64,000 bases of DNA from a virus (lineage: Duplodnaviria > Caudoviricetes), in the IMG/VR virus record IMGVR_UViG_3300002835_000006; one strand, written 5' to 3'. A program made the position numbers and the translations under genes. The notes beneath the pieces were generated by a model that did no database searches, was not told the origin of the DNA, and saw nothing but the letters and a program-made list of their open reading frames with translations. The first letter of the stretch is position 1; every line of letters starts with the position of its first letter. This document shows positions 1 through 10,043 of this stretch, piece after piece.

Positions 1-145
1 GTCCAATAAAAGAACGGAATGGGGTTGTAATAGATTTCCAGCATATTCAGAAGAAAGAGATTTCTGTCAACTTGCATCAAAAAAAATAAAATTCAAAGTC
101 AAGAGTGTAAAAAAACTTTTAGACGATATTGCCTTTATTGTAATA

Positions 146-874
146 ATGGATGTAAATGATGAAATTTCGAAAAAAATCAAGTATGTCAAAGAAGATGATG
201 AATATTTCACAGAAAATTTTAATAATTTTAGAATTTTAGAAGAGAAACTATCGGAGCAATGCGAATTGAATAAAGAAACGTTTGATGATTTCAGACTCAA
301 AATATCATCAAAATTTGTTATTCTAAAAGAATTGAATGAAAAATTTGTTTGGGATGAAATGAGTATGTTGGAAACAAATTATTCAGCCTTGGCTTATGTT
401 TTGACAAAATTTAGAGAAAAAGATAAATCAAAAAATAGTTTTGACTCTTGTTTTCAAAAATACTTTTTGGGGTCTTACATGCAAGACTTACCTGAATCCA
501 AACAGGATTTAACCATTTTTCAAAAACTTGTATTGAGTTATTTAGCAGATTCTTTGGATGAGTTTGACAACGAAATAATTGAAGGTGTTGTTGATACAAT
601 CAAAGGTACATATGGAATGGGAAAACGTTCAGAAATAGAAGCCTATGAAGAATTAAAAAATTCTTTTTCAAAAGTAATCAAATTCAGTGGTGACTTTTCT
701 TTTGCAGATTCTTTAGGAGTTGACTTTTTGATTTTTGATGATGGACTTGGTTGGATACCTGTACAGGTAAAAACTTCATTTATGAATTGTTATAGAAATA
801 CAAAATTTTGTAATAGTGTGTGTATGGGTAAGGAAAACGGTAGATGGAAAACCCAAACATACGAACAAGAATAA
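146..874 (+). CDS. Hypothetical protein, possible C-terminal PD-(D/E)xK nuclease-like fold
   Basis: 242-aa ORF; GVDFLIFDD...IPVQVK resembles the D...(Q/E)xK restriction-endonuclease-like motif. Confidence 0.5.
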   Translation: MDVNDEISKKIKYVKEDDEYFTENFNNFRILEEKLSEQCELNKETFDDFRLKISSKFVILKELNEKFVWDEMSMLETNYSALAYVLTKFREKDKSKNSFDSCFQKYFLGSYMQDLPESKQDLTIFQKLVLSYLADSLDEFDNEIIEGVVDTIKGTYGMGKRSEIEAYEELKNSFSKVIKFSGDFSFADSLGVDFLIFDDGLGWIPVQVKTSFMNCYRNTKFCNSVCMGKENGRWKTQTYEQE

Positions 875-881
875 TTTTCCT

Positions 882-889
882 TATATTTG
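882..889 (+). promoter_or_regulatory. Bacteroidota-type -7 promoter element TAnnTTTG
   Basis: TATATTTG 4 nt before ATG 894; same motif at 16557, 39718, 43820, 56799 (+) and 33732, 49497, 53448 (-). Confidence 0.6.
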
Positions 890-893
890 CCAT

Positions 894-1106
894 ATGCCAT
901 TCGAAAAAAAACCTGAACCTAAACCCATCAAATGGGAAGTTGTCTATGAAGACGAAGATACAATCTCTATATGGAGATACAACTCAAATAAAAACCCAAA
1001 TGGTCCTGTAGAGGTGGAATACAAGTATAAAAGGGGTTATCAACATCCATCCAACAAAAAGAAAAAAACCCTTGGAGATTTGGTCAAAGACTCAAAATCA
1101 AAGTGA
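894..1106 (+). CDS. Hypothetical protein
   Basis: ORF 816..1106; start moved to ATG 894 (MPFEKKPEPK) just after the TATATTTG motif. Confidence 0.65.
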   Translation: MPFEKKPEPKPIKWEVVYEDEDTISIWRYNSNKNPNGPVEVEYKYKRGYQHPSNKKKKTLGDLVKDSKSK

Positions 1107-1730
1107 TTTTAATTTAGTATCGATAATTTTTTTAATGTTTAATAGGGTTTTTTTATCGAAATTTTCGATAACCTTTTCTGTGTTTTCAGACAATAATTTA
1201 AGAATATTATTTTCAACGGACTCAGTATTCAAATCTTTCATAGATTTAACAGATTCAATTTTGAAATTAGTATTATCAGAATCGATAACTTCTCTTTCGA
1301 TTGGGGATTCACTAAAATAATCCCATGAGCCCTCGTTTAAAGAATCGGTGATTGAATCTTCAACCCATTCTTTTTTAAAACATTTCCAATCAGTTTTGTA
1401 ATATTCAACTACATATTCTCTAATACTTACTTGATAGAGAATTTCAAATTCTTCTATTTGAGGTAGTTTGAGACGGCTTGAAATATTTGAATATGACAGG
1501 TTACCATCAATCCAAGATTGTAAAATATGATAGTTGTCAACAATAAATGCACAAATGACTTCCACGTCATATATGTCAATATTAGAGTATCCAAAAAGCT
1601 TCGATACCGATTTAACGATATCATAGTTTGAATCTCTATAGGGCTCATTAAATTTCAAGCCCTTTTCTAAACAGATTTTCGCAATTGTTGCAAGTTCTTT
1701 ACGGTCGGCTATTTCGAATTGAGATTCCAT
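1098..1730 (-). CDS. Hypothetical protein
   Basis: 210-aa ORF, TATTTATA upstream. Confidence 0.75.
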   Translation of the reverse strand: MESQFEIADRKELATIAKICLEKGLKFNEPYRDSNYDIVKSVSKLFGYSNIDIYDVEVICAFIVDNYHILQSWIDGNLSYSNISSRLKLPQIEEFEILYQVSIREYVVEYYKTDWKCFKKEWVEDSITDSLNEGSWDYFSESPIEREVIDSDNTNFKIESVKSMKDLNTESVENNILKLLSENTEKVIENFDKKTLLNIKKIIDTKLKSL

Positions 1731-1747
1731 AACTTATAAATACAAAA

Positions 1748-1771
1748 AAAGGTGAGATTTCTCTCACCTTT
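1748..1771 (-). terminator. Rho-independent terminator
   Basis: AAAGGTGAGA-TTTC-TCTCACCTTT hairpin with U-tract on the minus strand. Confidence 0.75.
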
Positions 1772-2138
1772 AATAATTCAATTTTTTTTGGAAGTTCTCG
1801 ATGAGTTGAACAATATTATCACGACCAACAGGATTTGCGGAATGAACATTCCAAGTGGGGACAGGGAGTCCATTAGTCCAACAATATTCGCATAACCATT
1901 TAGCACAATCATATCCGGTTTTTTCGTGATATACAAACCCTTGTTTGAACGTTTCAGGGTCATAATGAACATCAGCTAAATCATGGTCAAAGGAAACTTC
2001 TTCAGGTAAACCGTTTTCTTCGATATGTTTTACAAATTCATCGTAGTTTCTGACGACGGTCCAGCCTGTTGTCTTCGGATTTCTCACGTCGTCCAGAAAC
2101 AACTTCACTAATTGACGGTCTTTCAAATTCTTTTTCAT
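1770..2138 (-). CDS. Cyclic-phosphate-processing receiver-like domain protein (RNA-repair associated)
   Basis: LFLDDVRNP...VVRNYDEF...SFDHDL...TGYDCAKWL...HSANPVG motif series of the stand-alone REC-like family. Confidence 0.7.
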   Translation of the reverse strand: MKKNLKDRQLVKLFLDDVRNPKTTGWTVVRNYDEFVKHIEENGLPEEVSFDHDLADVHYDPETFKQGFVYHEKTGYDCAKWLCEYCWTNGLPVPTWNVHSANPVGRDNIVQLIENFQKKLNY

Positions 2139-2328
2139 AAGTGTTATTACCCACCCTTTGATAGGCTTCTAAAAGATTGATGATACTAAATTTAATCAAT
2201 TTTTTTATTTCTTTATCCTTTTTTATTACAGGGTGTGACATAAGATACCTGTCCATAATATCTGTAACAAAAAATAATCTGTCGAGAGCTTCGACAAAAT
2301 GTCCATCGTTTATTTTATTCTTTTTCAT
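2038..2328 (-). CDS. Hypothetical protein
   Basis: ORF; probable ATG at 2328; 3' end overlaps the next gene by about 100 nt. Confidence 0.55.
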   Translation of the reverse strand: MKKNKINDGHFVEALDRLFFVTDIMDRYLMSHPVIKKDKEIKKLIKFSIINLLEAYQRVGNNTYEKEFERPSISEVVSGRREKSEDNRLDRRQKLR

Positions 2329-2794
2329 CGGAAATTTTTGCAATTAAATTATCATCAGATTCAATAACCATGCTAAAAATACTACCTGTACTAAAATTCA
2401 ACTCTGAGTCAGTAATTTCTGAATCCCAATATAGGTCATTAGAGACGAATCCTGACTCTTCTTCTTCGGTCAAGGGTTCTTCCCACTCAATGTTGGTAAT
2501 GTCAACCTCGCCATCTGTAGTTGTTTCTATTGAAAGGTCAGGAAAATCTACATCTTGCATCTCAGTCAATTCCTTGGTTTCGAGTAATTCTATTAGTTCT
2601 GAAACAGTAAATTGTTCACAGACAAGACTAGCACCTCTCCAAGTAGTTTCTGAATCACAGGTGAATTTTTTATCAAATTTCGAACCTGTATGATAACAGA
2701 CCTCTAATAAAGATTTTCGATAAAGGTCGATTGTCACCTTTACGGTCGATTCAGGGCCAAGTTTTTTTAATTCGATTACAGCATTTTCATTCAT
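2315..2794 (-). CDS. Acidic hypothetical protein
   Basis: 159-aa ORF coupled to its neighbours. Confidence 0.7.
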   Translation of the reverse strand: MNENAVIELKKLGPESTVKVTIDLYRKSLLEVCYHTGSKFDKKFTCDSETTWRGASLVCEQFTVSELIELLETKELTEMQDVDFPDLSIETTTDGEVDITNIEWEEPLTEEEESGFVSNDLYWDSEITDSELNFSTGSIFSMVIESDDNLIAKISDEKE

Positions 2795-3461
2795 AGTCTA
2801 TTTGTTTAGTTTCCGTATCAAAAATAATTTTTATTGGTTCATTTTCATATTGATACCTCTCATTCAAAACTGAGGCGTTTAAAAATTCAACACCAAAAAA
2901 ATTTTTTTGACCATACGCCCAATGGATATGACCACAAACGTGAATTTTTGGTTGTACTTCCATAACCCTATTGAATAGGTCTTTACAACCCACGAGTTCT
3001 CCTTGAGGAGTATGGTCGAGCATTCCATGTGCGGGTCCATGAGTAATAAGAACATCAGTGTTACCAGGTATCTTCTTCCATTTTTCTGCCAACTTTTCTC
3101 CTCTTGGAAGATTGAAAGCCCAATTATAAAATTCAGGTTGCCAAGGACTACCATAAAATTTGACACCATCGATTACTACTTCACTATCGAATAGATAATG
3201 AACACCCTTTTCTTTGTATTCAGGAGCAATATCCTGAACAACCTCAAAACCAAAATCATGATTACCTGCGATAAAGATTTTGTGAGTGTAATCTGTATTT
3301 GAGAACCAATCAAGAAAATCCTTGATTTCACCAACTTTTCCAAGATTAGAAATATCCCCAGCGTGAATTATACAGTCCCCGCTTCCGAGTATGTTATTAT
3401 ACGCCTTGGAGGTTAGGTATTTATGTTTACCATGAGTGTCACTTATAAAGGTCATTCTCAT
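2787..3461 (-). CDS. Calcineurin-like metallophosphoesterase
   Basis: SDTHG, AGDIS, AGNHD, ITHGP, CGHIH metal-binding motifs. Confidence 0.92.
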   Translation of the reverse strand: MRMTFISDTHGKHKYLTSKAYNNILGSGDCIIHAGDISNLGKVGEIKDFLDWFSNTDYTHKIFIAGNHDFGFEVVQDIAPEYKEKGVHYLFDSEVVIDGVKFYGSPWQPEFYNWAFNLPRGEKLAEKWKKIPGNTDVLITHGPAHGMLDHTPQGELVGCKDLFNRVMEVQPKIHVCGHIHWAYGQKNFFGVEFLNASVLNERYQYENEPIKIIFDTETKQIDYE

Positions 3462-3600
3462 ATTTCTTCATTTTGTCCCAATTCAGAAAGTCTTCACCTT
3501 TGTAATCAGGATGATTTTTTTTCATATTATCAATCCCTCGAACCCAAACGATTGAAATTGTCAAAACGAAGATAAACATAAAAAACCAGAATGCAATCAT
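3439..3600 (-). CDS. Small membrane protein
   Basis: ORF 3439..3702; start moved to ATG 3600 (MIAFWFFMFIFVLTISIVWV, one TM helix). Confidence 0.55.
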   Translation of the reverse strand: MIAFWFFMFIFVLTISIVWVRGIDNMKKNHPDYKGEDFLNWDKMKKYENDLYK

Positions 3601-3602
3601 TT

Positions 3603-3791
3603 TTATAAAATTTTGTTTTGAGGGATAACAATACAGGCTAAAAGATAAAATAGTACGGTAGGGAAGGGTGCAAAAATTAAAGCCAAAAAAAGTATTCTCC
3701 AAATTGTCGGGTCACTATTTGTATACTCTGCAAGACCGCCACAAACACCACCTATTCTTTTATCGATAGTACTTCTATATAATTTTTTCAT
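3603..3791 (-). CDS. pspC: PspC domain protein
   Basis: KKLYRSTIDKRIGGVCGGLAEY...D.TIWRI...YLLA.IVIP is the PspC signature. Confidence 0.9.
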   Translation of the reverse strand: MKKLYRSTIDKRIGGVCGGLAEYTNSDPTIWRILFLALIFAPFPTVLFYLLACIVIPQNKIL

Positions 3792-3812
3792 ATCTCTTTT
3801 CTAATAAATTTT

Positions 3813-4439
3813 TTAATCCCACCAATTTTTTATACCTGAACCATCGAACCAATTTTCCCAATGGTCGTGTTTCATTTTTTCTTCTTCAGAAAGTTGTTTG
3901 AATGTTTCATGGAACTCATCGTAGTTTTGACCCTTGAGTATTATCCAAAGTTCTTCGAACTCATCTTTCTCGATTTCTCTGGCTCTTTCAAACACCTTAC
4001 GATTATGTTCTTTTTCTTCAGGAGTTTCTTTGTCTAACATTTGATAGCCACCACTTTCAACTTCTTGAAAATCCCAATCGTGTAAAATAAGTTCTCCTAG
4101 TTCGGTTTCCGCTCTGTTTATGTAGGTTGACTCTCTCATGTCATTTATTATTTTAATAACTCTTTGAATTTTTTCAACTTTTTTCAAACGAGTTATTTCT
4201 ACCTCATGACCGTTTCTTAAAACATCAGAGGTCTTTTCTAAGGATTTTGCCAATAGAGATAGGTTGAAAGAATAATCCCAACCACGAAACTCCCACAGAT
4301 TTTTTCTGAAAAACCAAATATTTTTCAGAAACACAGGAATTTTAAATCGGACTGTTTCATATGTTTTGTACCACCAAGTCTCATGGCGTGATATAGTTTT
4401 TAATGATTCAAAAAAACTATTTTTTAACAAAATTTTCAT
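3813..4439 (-). CDS. Hypothetical protein
   Basis: 208-aa ORF. Confidence 0.75.
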   Translation of the reverse strand: MKILLKNSFFESLKTISRHETWWYKTYETVRFKIPVFLKNIWFFRKNLWEFRGWDYSFNLSLLAKSLEKTSDVLRNGHEVEITRLKKVEKIQRVIKIINDMRESTYINRAETELGELILHDWDFQEVESGGYQMLDKETPEEKEHNRKVFERAREIEKDEFEELWIILKGQNYDEFHETFKQLSEEEKMKHDHWENWFDGSGIKNWWD

Positions 4440-4674
4440 CGTTCAATCTTTTAATGTCTATACAATCGTTCTTTCCTACATCGTCAAATGATTTCCAGAG
4501 GTTTAAACTTTTACCAATTCTTGGTAGAGGATGATGTTCCCTATGTCCACAACAAGTACATTCTCTAACAATTACCCTGACAAATTCTCTACCATTAGGG
4601 TGACCAGTACATTGATGTTTTTCTTTTCTGTATTCCCAAAAATGTATACCGAGGAAACAAAGAGGACTTTTCAT
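4417..4674 (-). CDS. Small Cys/His-rich hypothetical protein
   Basis: LCFLGIHFW...RECTCCGH, possible Zn binding. Confidence 0.65.
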   Translation of the reverse strand: MKSPLCFLGIHFWEYRKEKHQCTGHPNGREFVRVIVRECTCCGHREHHPLPRIGKSLNLWKSFDDVGKNDCIDIKRLNDENFVKK

Positions 4675-4955
4675 TTCTTTTGATATTTGAATTTTAAATA
4701 TTCATCTCGAAGAGCCCAAGACAAAGTGATTAAATCTTCGTTTTTGTAAAGCCTCTCGAAGTTCAATAATAATCTTTCTGCGGCATCTTCTTGTTCCTTT
4801 GTTTGACATGAAAAATAGACTTTTCTTACCCATGCGAGTGAGTCTAACCAATGAGAGCTTCTTTTATCCATAAAAATTATTTTTACAAAGATAATAAAAA
4901 AAATAAGACCCACAAAAAAATTTGCGGGTCTTTTGGAAAGGATATATGAGAACAC
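4671..4955 (-). CDS. Hypothetical protein
   Basis: ORF coupled to the downstream gene; start uncertain. Confidence 0.55.
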   Translation of the reverse strand: MFSYILSKRPANFFVGLIFFIIFVKIIFMDKRSSHWLDSLAWVRKVYFSCQTKEQEDAAERLLLNFERLYKNEDLITLSWALRDEYLKFKYQKK

Positions 4956-5025
4956 CTTACGGTGATAACACTCATAAATATATCAAAAATTGAAAAAAAT
5001 ACAAGTTTTGATAGCATTGAGACCA

Positions 5026-5865
5026 TTATTTTAACAAATTATAGTATTCTTTAAAGTGTTTCAATCTGTCTGGTAATCCGATAGTTCCACCGTTCACACA
5101 CTTTGTAACAGACGTAACTGTTGCATTTGAGTCATCCACACATTTCTTTAGACAGTTTTTACTGAAAAACCACGCAGCTGACAACAGAGGATACTTCGAT
5201 GAGACCAAATCAGGATTACCTGTAATATCTTCGTTTATAGCTTTCCCGAAAGCCGTGTAATTGTCTTTTCCTGTGAGCTGAATGTAACCTCTTCCTCTGA
5301 ATTTGAATCCCTCACCTGTTGATTCAGGTCCATTACCCATTCTACCACCATAAACTTTGGATGCAATCTTCTGAGGGTTACGTGCATATGACTCTGAAAG
5401 ATTTCCTGGAAAATATTTTGGAAAAATGTTTTTTAGACCTTGTGCTGAGTAGTTCAAATTTTCCTGAGTAAGTCTGAATCCACCCGACTCATGACCACAT
5501 TGAGCCAAGAAGTGAGCAAGTTTCAATGGGGTGTCAATACCAAAAGTTTTTGCTGTATCAGGTATTTGAGCAATTACATTATCAGGAATATGACCTTTCA
5601 ATTTTTCTAATTTCAAACCACCCACGTTAGCAACAGGTTGAGCCACTTGAGCGACAGGTGCGGGTTCTGTAATAAGAACGCCTTGACCCATAATTTTTTG
5701 CCAAGTTTGTTCACCCACAATTCCGTCAGGAGTCAATCCTGATTTTGTTTGAAAGTTTTTAACTGATTCTTCGGTTCCTTTTCCGAAAACACCATCAGCA
5801 CCCAAACCAAGTTTTTGTTGGAGTTTTTTTACGTCTTCTCCCTTAGACCCCACTTTTAGTAGCAT
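5026..5865 (-). CDS. Endolysin: peptidoglycan-binding domain + GH19 lysozyme/chitinase-like domain
   Basis: N-terminal LKVGSKGEDVKKLQ...DGIVGEQTW (PG-binding); AHFLAQCGHESGG, FRGRGYIQLTGKDNY, VNGGTIGL.DR (GH19). Confidence 0.9.
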   Translation of the reverse strand: MLLKVGSKGEDVKKLQQKLGLGADGVFGKGTEESVKNFQTKSGLTPDGIVGEQTWQKIMGQGVLITEPAPVAQVAQPVANVGGLKLEKLKGHIPDNVIAQIPDTAKTFGIDTPLKLAHFLAQCGHESGGFRLTQENLNYSAQGLKNIFPKYFPGNLSESYARNPQKIASKVYGGRMGNGPESTGEGFKFRGRGYIQLTGKDNYTAFGKAINEDITGNPDLVSSKYPLLSAAWFFSKNCLKKCVDDSNATVTSVTKCVNGGTIGLPDRLKHFKEYYNLLK

Positions 5866-5891
5866 AGTAATTTACTTTTTCTATAAATATA

Positions 5892-7331
5892 TTACTGAGA
5901 CGAGTGAGATAAATTTACGTCCCCCAAAACACAATATTTTATGTTTTGAGTCACGTTTGATGTTGTCACGGAAATTGTAAAAAAGGTGACAGGTTGTATT
6001 GTTCCAAAATTATTTTTGGTTATTGAATCATAATTGGTTGGTGAGAACCACAAAACTTGTGTTGAGGGTCTAAATCCAGTAACGTGAGACAAGATTAAAT
6101 AAGAATCACCCAAATCCAAAATTCCATTCTGATTGAAATCTGCTGCTTTCCATTGTTTTGTTCCCGTCATCACTAATCCAGGCGCAGTATTATTTGGGGT
6201 ATTTACATTTTGTACCTCTTGAAATGCTAAATTGAAATCTGCCGTTGTAATTCCTTGAACACTTAAATTAGGTACCAATTTATAAGTTGAGTTCTGTGCG
6301 GGAAGAGTGAAAGAATAAGAACCTGATGATGAAACTGTTTTGGTCTCCACTAATACATCAGAGCCATTTACAATTCTGTATAAAGTTACCGTCGGTAGTG
6401 TGGATAACGTCGGAATAGATATTGTTCCGCTGAGAGTATTTGTAACCGCAACCATGTTAATTGTATTGGCTGCATAATATTCTGTGAATGTAGCATCAGA
6501 GGGATTTGACCAAGTACCAAACTCCACAACATACCCACTCGTCCAACCAGCTCCATCCGGTAAATCATTCCAACAATTTCCACCACCCCATTTTGTGACT
6601 GCATAATCCTCACCGCCAGCATCATTAGGTTCCCCACCACACCAATTTTGATAAGTCCCTGCTTGCGGATTACCGTTGTAGTTTCCTATATTGATTAAAG
6701 TACCATTTTCAGGTCCTGCATCTACTCTCCAATAACCTTCTTGAAGTCTATCGGAAAGGGCTATCCAAATGTTGTTTCCAGGTACGTTCGCACCTATGAA
6801 ATTCTGTTCATCCTGTGATGTTATTGTAACCAGATAACCTGTTTGACCTTTGAATGTTTGCGTTGCAGAAGCGTTTTTCGCTGCAGTATATGTTGAGGTA
6901 CCTGAAATGGGACGATAAAAGTGTCCGTTTGTCGCGTTATAGTAATACCCTGATGGATTTACAGTAGTTGAGACGGATATCTGTACATTACCTGTAGATG
7001 AACCTGTGTTTATCTTTAGAGAAGCCAATGCATTGTTGATATTCGATTGGGTACCTGTAAAACTGATTCTCGTAATATTGGACCAACTGTTATACCCTGT
7101 TGCGAAGGATAATCCTGCTGTTGTTGTTATTGAAAATGTTACACCTGCGGGAGGATTTACGAGCCCTACTGAAGTAAGTAGTGTTTCAGAGGTAAAACCA
7201 TTTACAATAAATCCGCTAGCATCCTGACCCGAAGTGTTGATTTGATAAGTTCTACCAACAGGAGCGGAAATAGATTGTGAAAATCCAAAACAAAAAATGA
7301 AAGAAAATAATATGGTAAAAATTATTCTCAT
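5892..7331 (-). CDS. Secreted protein: C-type lectin-like domain + dockerin-like C-terminus
   Basis: Signal peptide; GHFY...YLVTITSQDEQNF...WIAL...W..GEPN...EDYA...WND (CTL); ADFNQNGILDLGDS Ca-loop. Confidence 0.75.
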   Translation of the reverse strand: MRIIFTILFSFIFCFGFSQSISAPVGRTYQINTSGQDASGFIVNGFTSETLLTSVGLVNPPAGVTFSITTTAGLSFATGYNSWSNITRISFTGTQSNINNALASLKINTGSSTGNVQISVSTTVNPSGYYYNATNGHFYRPISGTSTYTAAKNASATQTFKGQTGYLVTITSQDEQNFIGANVPGNNIWIALSDRLQEGYWRVDAGPENGTLINIGNYNGNPQAGTYQNWCGGEPNDAGGEDYAVTKWGGGNCWNDLPDGAGWTSGYVVEFGTWSNPSDATFTEYYAANTINMVAVTNTLSGTISIPTLSTLPTVTLYRIVNGSDVLVETKTVSSSGSYSFTLPAQNSTYKLVPNLSVQGITTADFNLAFQEVQNVNTPNNTAPGLVMTGTKQWKAADFNQNGILDLGDSYLILSHVTGFRPSTQVLWFSPTNYDSITKNNFGTIQPVTFFTISVTTSNVTQNIKYCVLGDVNLSHSSQ

Positions 7332-8782
7332 AGATTTACTTTACTACCAATTAGAAAAAAGGAAAGGATTGGAAAGTCAGGATTTGTTGAAAGATTGGCT
7401 TTGTAATTTACGTTGAACTTGAACCTCCTTGAAATTTGATAATCAAATCCACTTCCCAAAAAAGCACTAAATGTTCTATCTGTCACGGTGATTTTATCTA
7501 CAGAAGAATAAACAACGGGAGTTGATATTAAATAAATTTCAGGAGATATTGTAAGTTTTTTATTGGGTGAAAATGGTCTCGTATAAAATGCGGTAAATGA
7601 CGGACTGATAAACAAATTACTATCCGATGGTAGTTTTGCAATTGCTCCACTGACGTTAAATCCTGTAATACCCCATTTCTTTGCGTTTATTATCATACTA
7701 TAACCCAAGAATGAAAATACGTTACCGTAGGAATATGCCCCCGTTAAATTGACGTTATGAACGAATTTGAGGGTTCCTGATTGATTCATTTTTATCTTGG
7801 TGTATCTTGAGTTGATTGCAAATTGTTTGAAGTTAAACCAAACCATTCCTGTTACACCCCAAGAACTTGTTCCCATAAGAGAGGTTCTTGACATTCCGAT
7901 GTTTGCAATACCAGTAAAAGATTTATCTAAATTTTGTGCTGAGGTCAAATCAGAAGAAACGATAAGAGGATTTTGGTTTCCTGATTTTCCATTACCCTTT
8001 TTTCCTCCACCACTCGAACCACCACTTTCAGAACCTTTGTCGTTTCTGACCTCTACGTTCATTAGGGTTGTTGCAACTACCTCCGAACCTTTTTCCTTAT
8101 CTTTCTCACTACCTCCCGAATTAGAATTTGAAGATACGCCACCACCGCCACCATTCCCACCAGTGTTATTATTACCGCTCCCCCCACTATTATTACCGCC
8201 AGTTTGAGAACCTTGGCCACCAGTTTGAGAACCTCCCACAGGAACAGACCCGTTGCCTTGACCGCTTGAGTTATTTGATGAACTTGTAGAACCATTCCCA
8301 TTAGAATTAGTAACAGAAGTGGAATTGCTAGAATTACTACTTTCATTTTTATTTTTTTTCTTTTCTGAACTGCTGTTACTTCCTTTGGATGCTGCGTCGT
8401 TTCCACCCATAGATGAACCCTGCATCACAGAGGAATTTATTTGACCCACAACACTACTAACAACATTACCGATAACTTGTGCTGTAATTTGATTTCTTGT
8501 AACTGTAACCGATTGAACTGAGCATGGGGTCAATTTTCTGTAATCGGCATATGCTTGATTGACCCAAGCGGCAAAGGCACCACTTGCCACATCTTGTGCG
8601 GTAAATGATGCCGAACGACCATAAAAATATACTACCGTACCCCCTTGAATTGGAATTGAAAAGTTTGTTACTTCTTTTGTGCAGGGGTCGATGAATGTAT
8701 AGACAACATTTTGTGCCTCAGCTTTGAAGCTGAGAAACAAGATAAAGGAAATACTTAAAAATGTTTTTAATCTTTTCCACAT
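7328..8782 (-). CDS. Secreted protein with Gly/Ser/Asn-rich linker and beta-barrel-like C-terminus
   Basis: Signal peptide; low-complexity centre; alternating amphipathic strands ending FFLIGSKVNL. Confidence 0.65.
   Translation of the reverse strand: MWKRLKTFLSISFILFLSFKAEAQNVVYTFIDPCTKEVTNFSIPIQGGTVVYFYGRSASFTAQDVASGAFAAWVNQAYADYRKLTPCSVQSVTVTRNQITAQVIGNVVSSVVGQINSSVMQGSSMGGNDAASKGSNSSSEKKKNKNESSNSSNSTSVTNSNGNGSTSSSNNSSGQGNGSVPVGGSQTGGQGSQTGGNNSGGSGNNNTGGNGGGGGVSSNSNSGGSEKDKEKGSEVVATTLMNVEVRNDKGSESGGSSGGGKKGNGKSGNQNPLIVSSDLTSAQNLDKSFTGIANIGMSRTSLMGTSSWGVTGMVWFNFKQFAINSRYTKIKMNQSGTLKFVHNVNLTGAYSYGNVFSFLGYSMIINAKKWGITGFNVSGAIAKLPSDSNLFISPSFTAFYTRPFSPNKKLTISPEIYLISTPVVYSSVDKITVTDRTFSAFLGSGFDYQISRRFKFNVNYKANLSTNPDFPILSFFLIGSKVNL
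8050..8420 (-). repeat. Low-complexity Gly/Ser/Asn coding tract
   Basis: SNSSNSTSVTNSNGNGSTSSSNNSSGQGNG...GGNGGGGG in the translated ORF; boundaries approximate. Confidence 0.7.
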
Positions 8783-9499
8783 TTATCTCGGAAACTTACC
8801 CTTTTTGATAAGTCTTACAAGAATTCTTGAACATGCAATGTCCAAAGCCTTCTTTGTTGTTATACCAATTGTAGATTGGTTGAATTTTACTTCACTCAAA
8901 TTATCATCATTGAGAAGTGTAAGTTCTCTAACAGTCTTAGCTTCACCGAGACCACTTGCCGCAACAATTTCACCTGTCTCAGCATCTGTAAATCTTACCT
9001 GAAGACCAAGTCTTGTATTGACAGTATTCTTTACCCCATCCTTTAGATTTACAGTCTCATCTTCTGATACAGAAAAGTCATAAACCTCCACAGTCACAAA
9101 ATAATGTGCAAGTCTAATCTTTCCTCTACCGTCCAACTTGTCCTGACTAATACCTGCCTGAGACGCTTGGAACTGCTTTACCATTCTGTTTTTTATCTCC
9201 GTCTTATCCTCAGTGAATGTAAATCTGTTGAGGTCAGAGAGATACTCCAAAACAATGTTTGCAACACCGAGTCCAACCTTTTTCTCCTTTAGTTCAGGAT
9301 ACTGCTCATAAACCTCATCACTTATACCGATAGTAAGGATTTGAATTGGTACTTGAGGACCATCATAATCCATAAGTGAGTCGATATTGATTTTTGTTTC
9401 GAAGCTAGCCTTATACTGCTCAGTCTTCGTAGTCCCTAACGTCTGAGAATAAACCGCAGACGTTAGAAACAAAGAAGTTAGAAATAAAATTTTTTTCAT
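8783..9499 (-). CDS. CsgG/HfaB-like outer-membrane channel/assembly protein
   Basis: Signal peptide; GLGVANIVLEYL...RF...E; V.LQVRFTDAETGEIVAASG is typical of the CsgG family. Confidence 0.7.
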   Translation of the reverse strand: MKKILFLTSLFLTSAVYSQTLGTTKTEQYKASFETKINIDSLMDYDGPQVPIQILTIGISDEVYEQYPELKEKKVGLGVANIVLEYLSDLNRFTFTEDKTEIKNRMVKQFQASQAGISQDKLDGRGKIRLAHYFVTVEVYDFSVSEDETVNLKDGVKNTVNTRLGLQVRFTDAETGEIVAASGLGEAKTVRELTLLNDDNLSEVKFNQSTIGITTKKALDIACSRILVRLIKKGKFPR

Positions 9500-9500
9500 T

Positions 9501-10040
9501 TTAATCTTGTTTAATCAAACCACATTTAAGACACTCTTCATCACCATCTCCATCAGCGTCACCCCATACGTGCTCACACTGACGATGTTCAAAATACATG
9601 TCTATAACTCCATCACCATCCTCGTCAATACCATCCATGATACCATCACCATCTTCATCGATTTCTACACCGACTTGAGGGGTAACTTGAGGGGTGACTT
9701 GGGGGGTAATAGATTGTTGTTGTGGAGGTGCTTGAACACTACCATCTTGGGTGTTGGAAAATGATACACCATCTTCTTCATCCATCTTTTGGACTAACAT
9801 TTTGTCTTTGTCGGTATCACTGAACCAATAGTCAATGATTTTACCATAAGACCCGATGAAAGCACCAAGTAAAAGGAGAAGTAATTCTTTCCATTCACCA
9901 CTGATAGCACTTTGTTCGAAAATTGCCATGAATATGGCACCCATAATTACGACAAATCCACCTAACACTAAGGCGGTAATCCACCATCTTCTTTTCATCA
10001 TGGAGTTTAATAACTCCTTAAATCCTGTGTTTGGTTGCAT
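9501..10040 (-). CDS. Two-TM membrane protein with DxDGDG Ca-binding-like repeats
   Basis: Two hydrophobic helices, TPQV x3, DEDGDG x2 and DADGDG, C-terminal CEH/CLKC. Confidence 0.7.
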   Translation of the reverse strand: MQPNTGFKELLNSMMKRRWWITALVLGGFVVIMGAIFMAIFEQSAISGEWKELLLLLLGAFIGSYGKIIDYWFSDTDKDKMLVQKMDEEDGVSFSNTQDGSVQAPPQQQSITPQVTPQVTPQVGVEIDEDGDGIMDGIDEDGDGVIDMYFEHRQCEHVWGDADGDGDEECLKCGLIKQD

Positions 10041-10043
10041 ACA

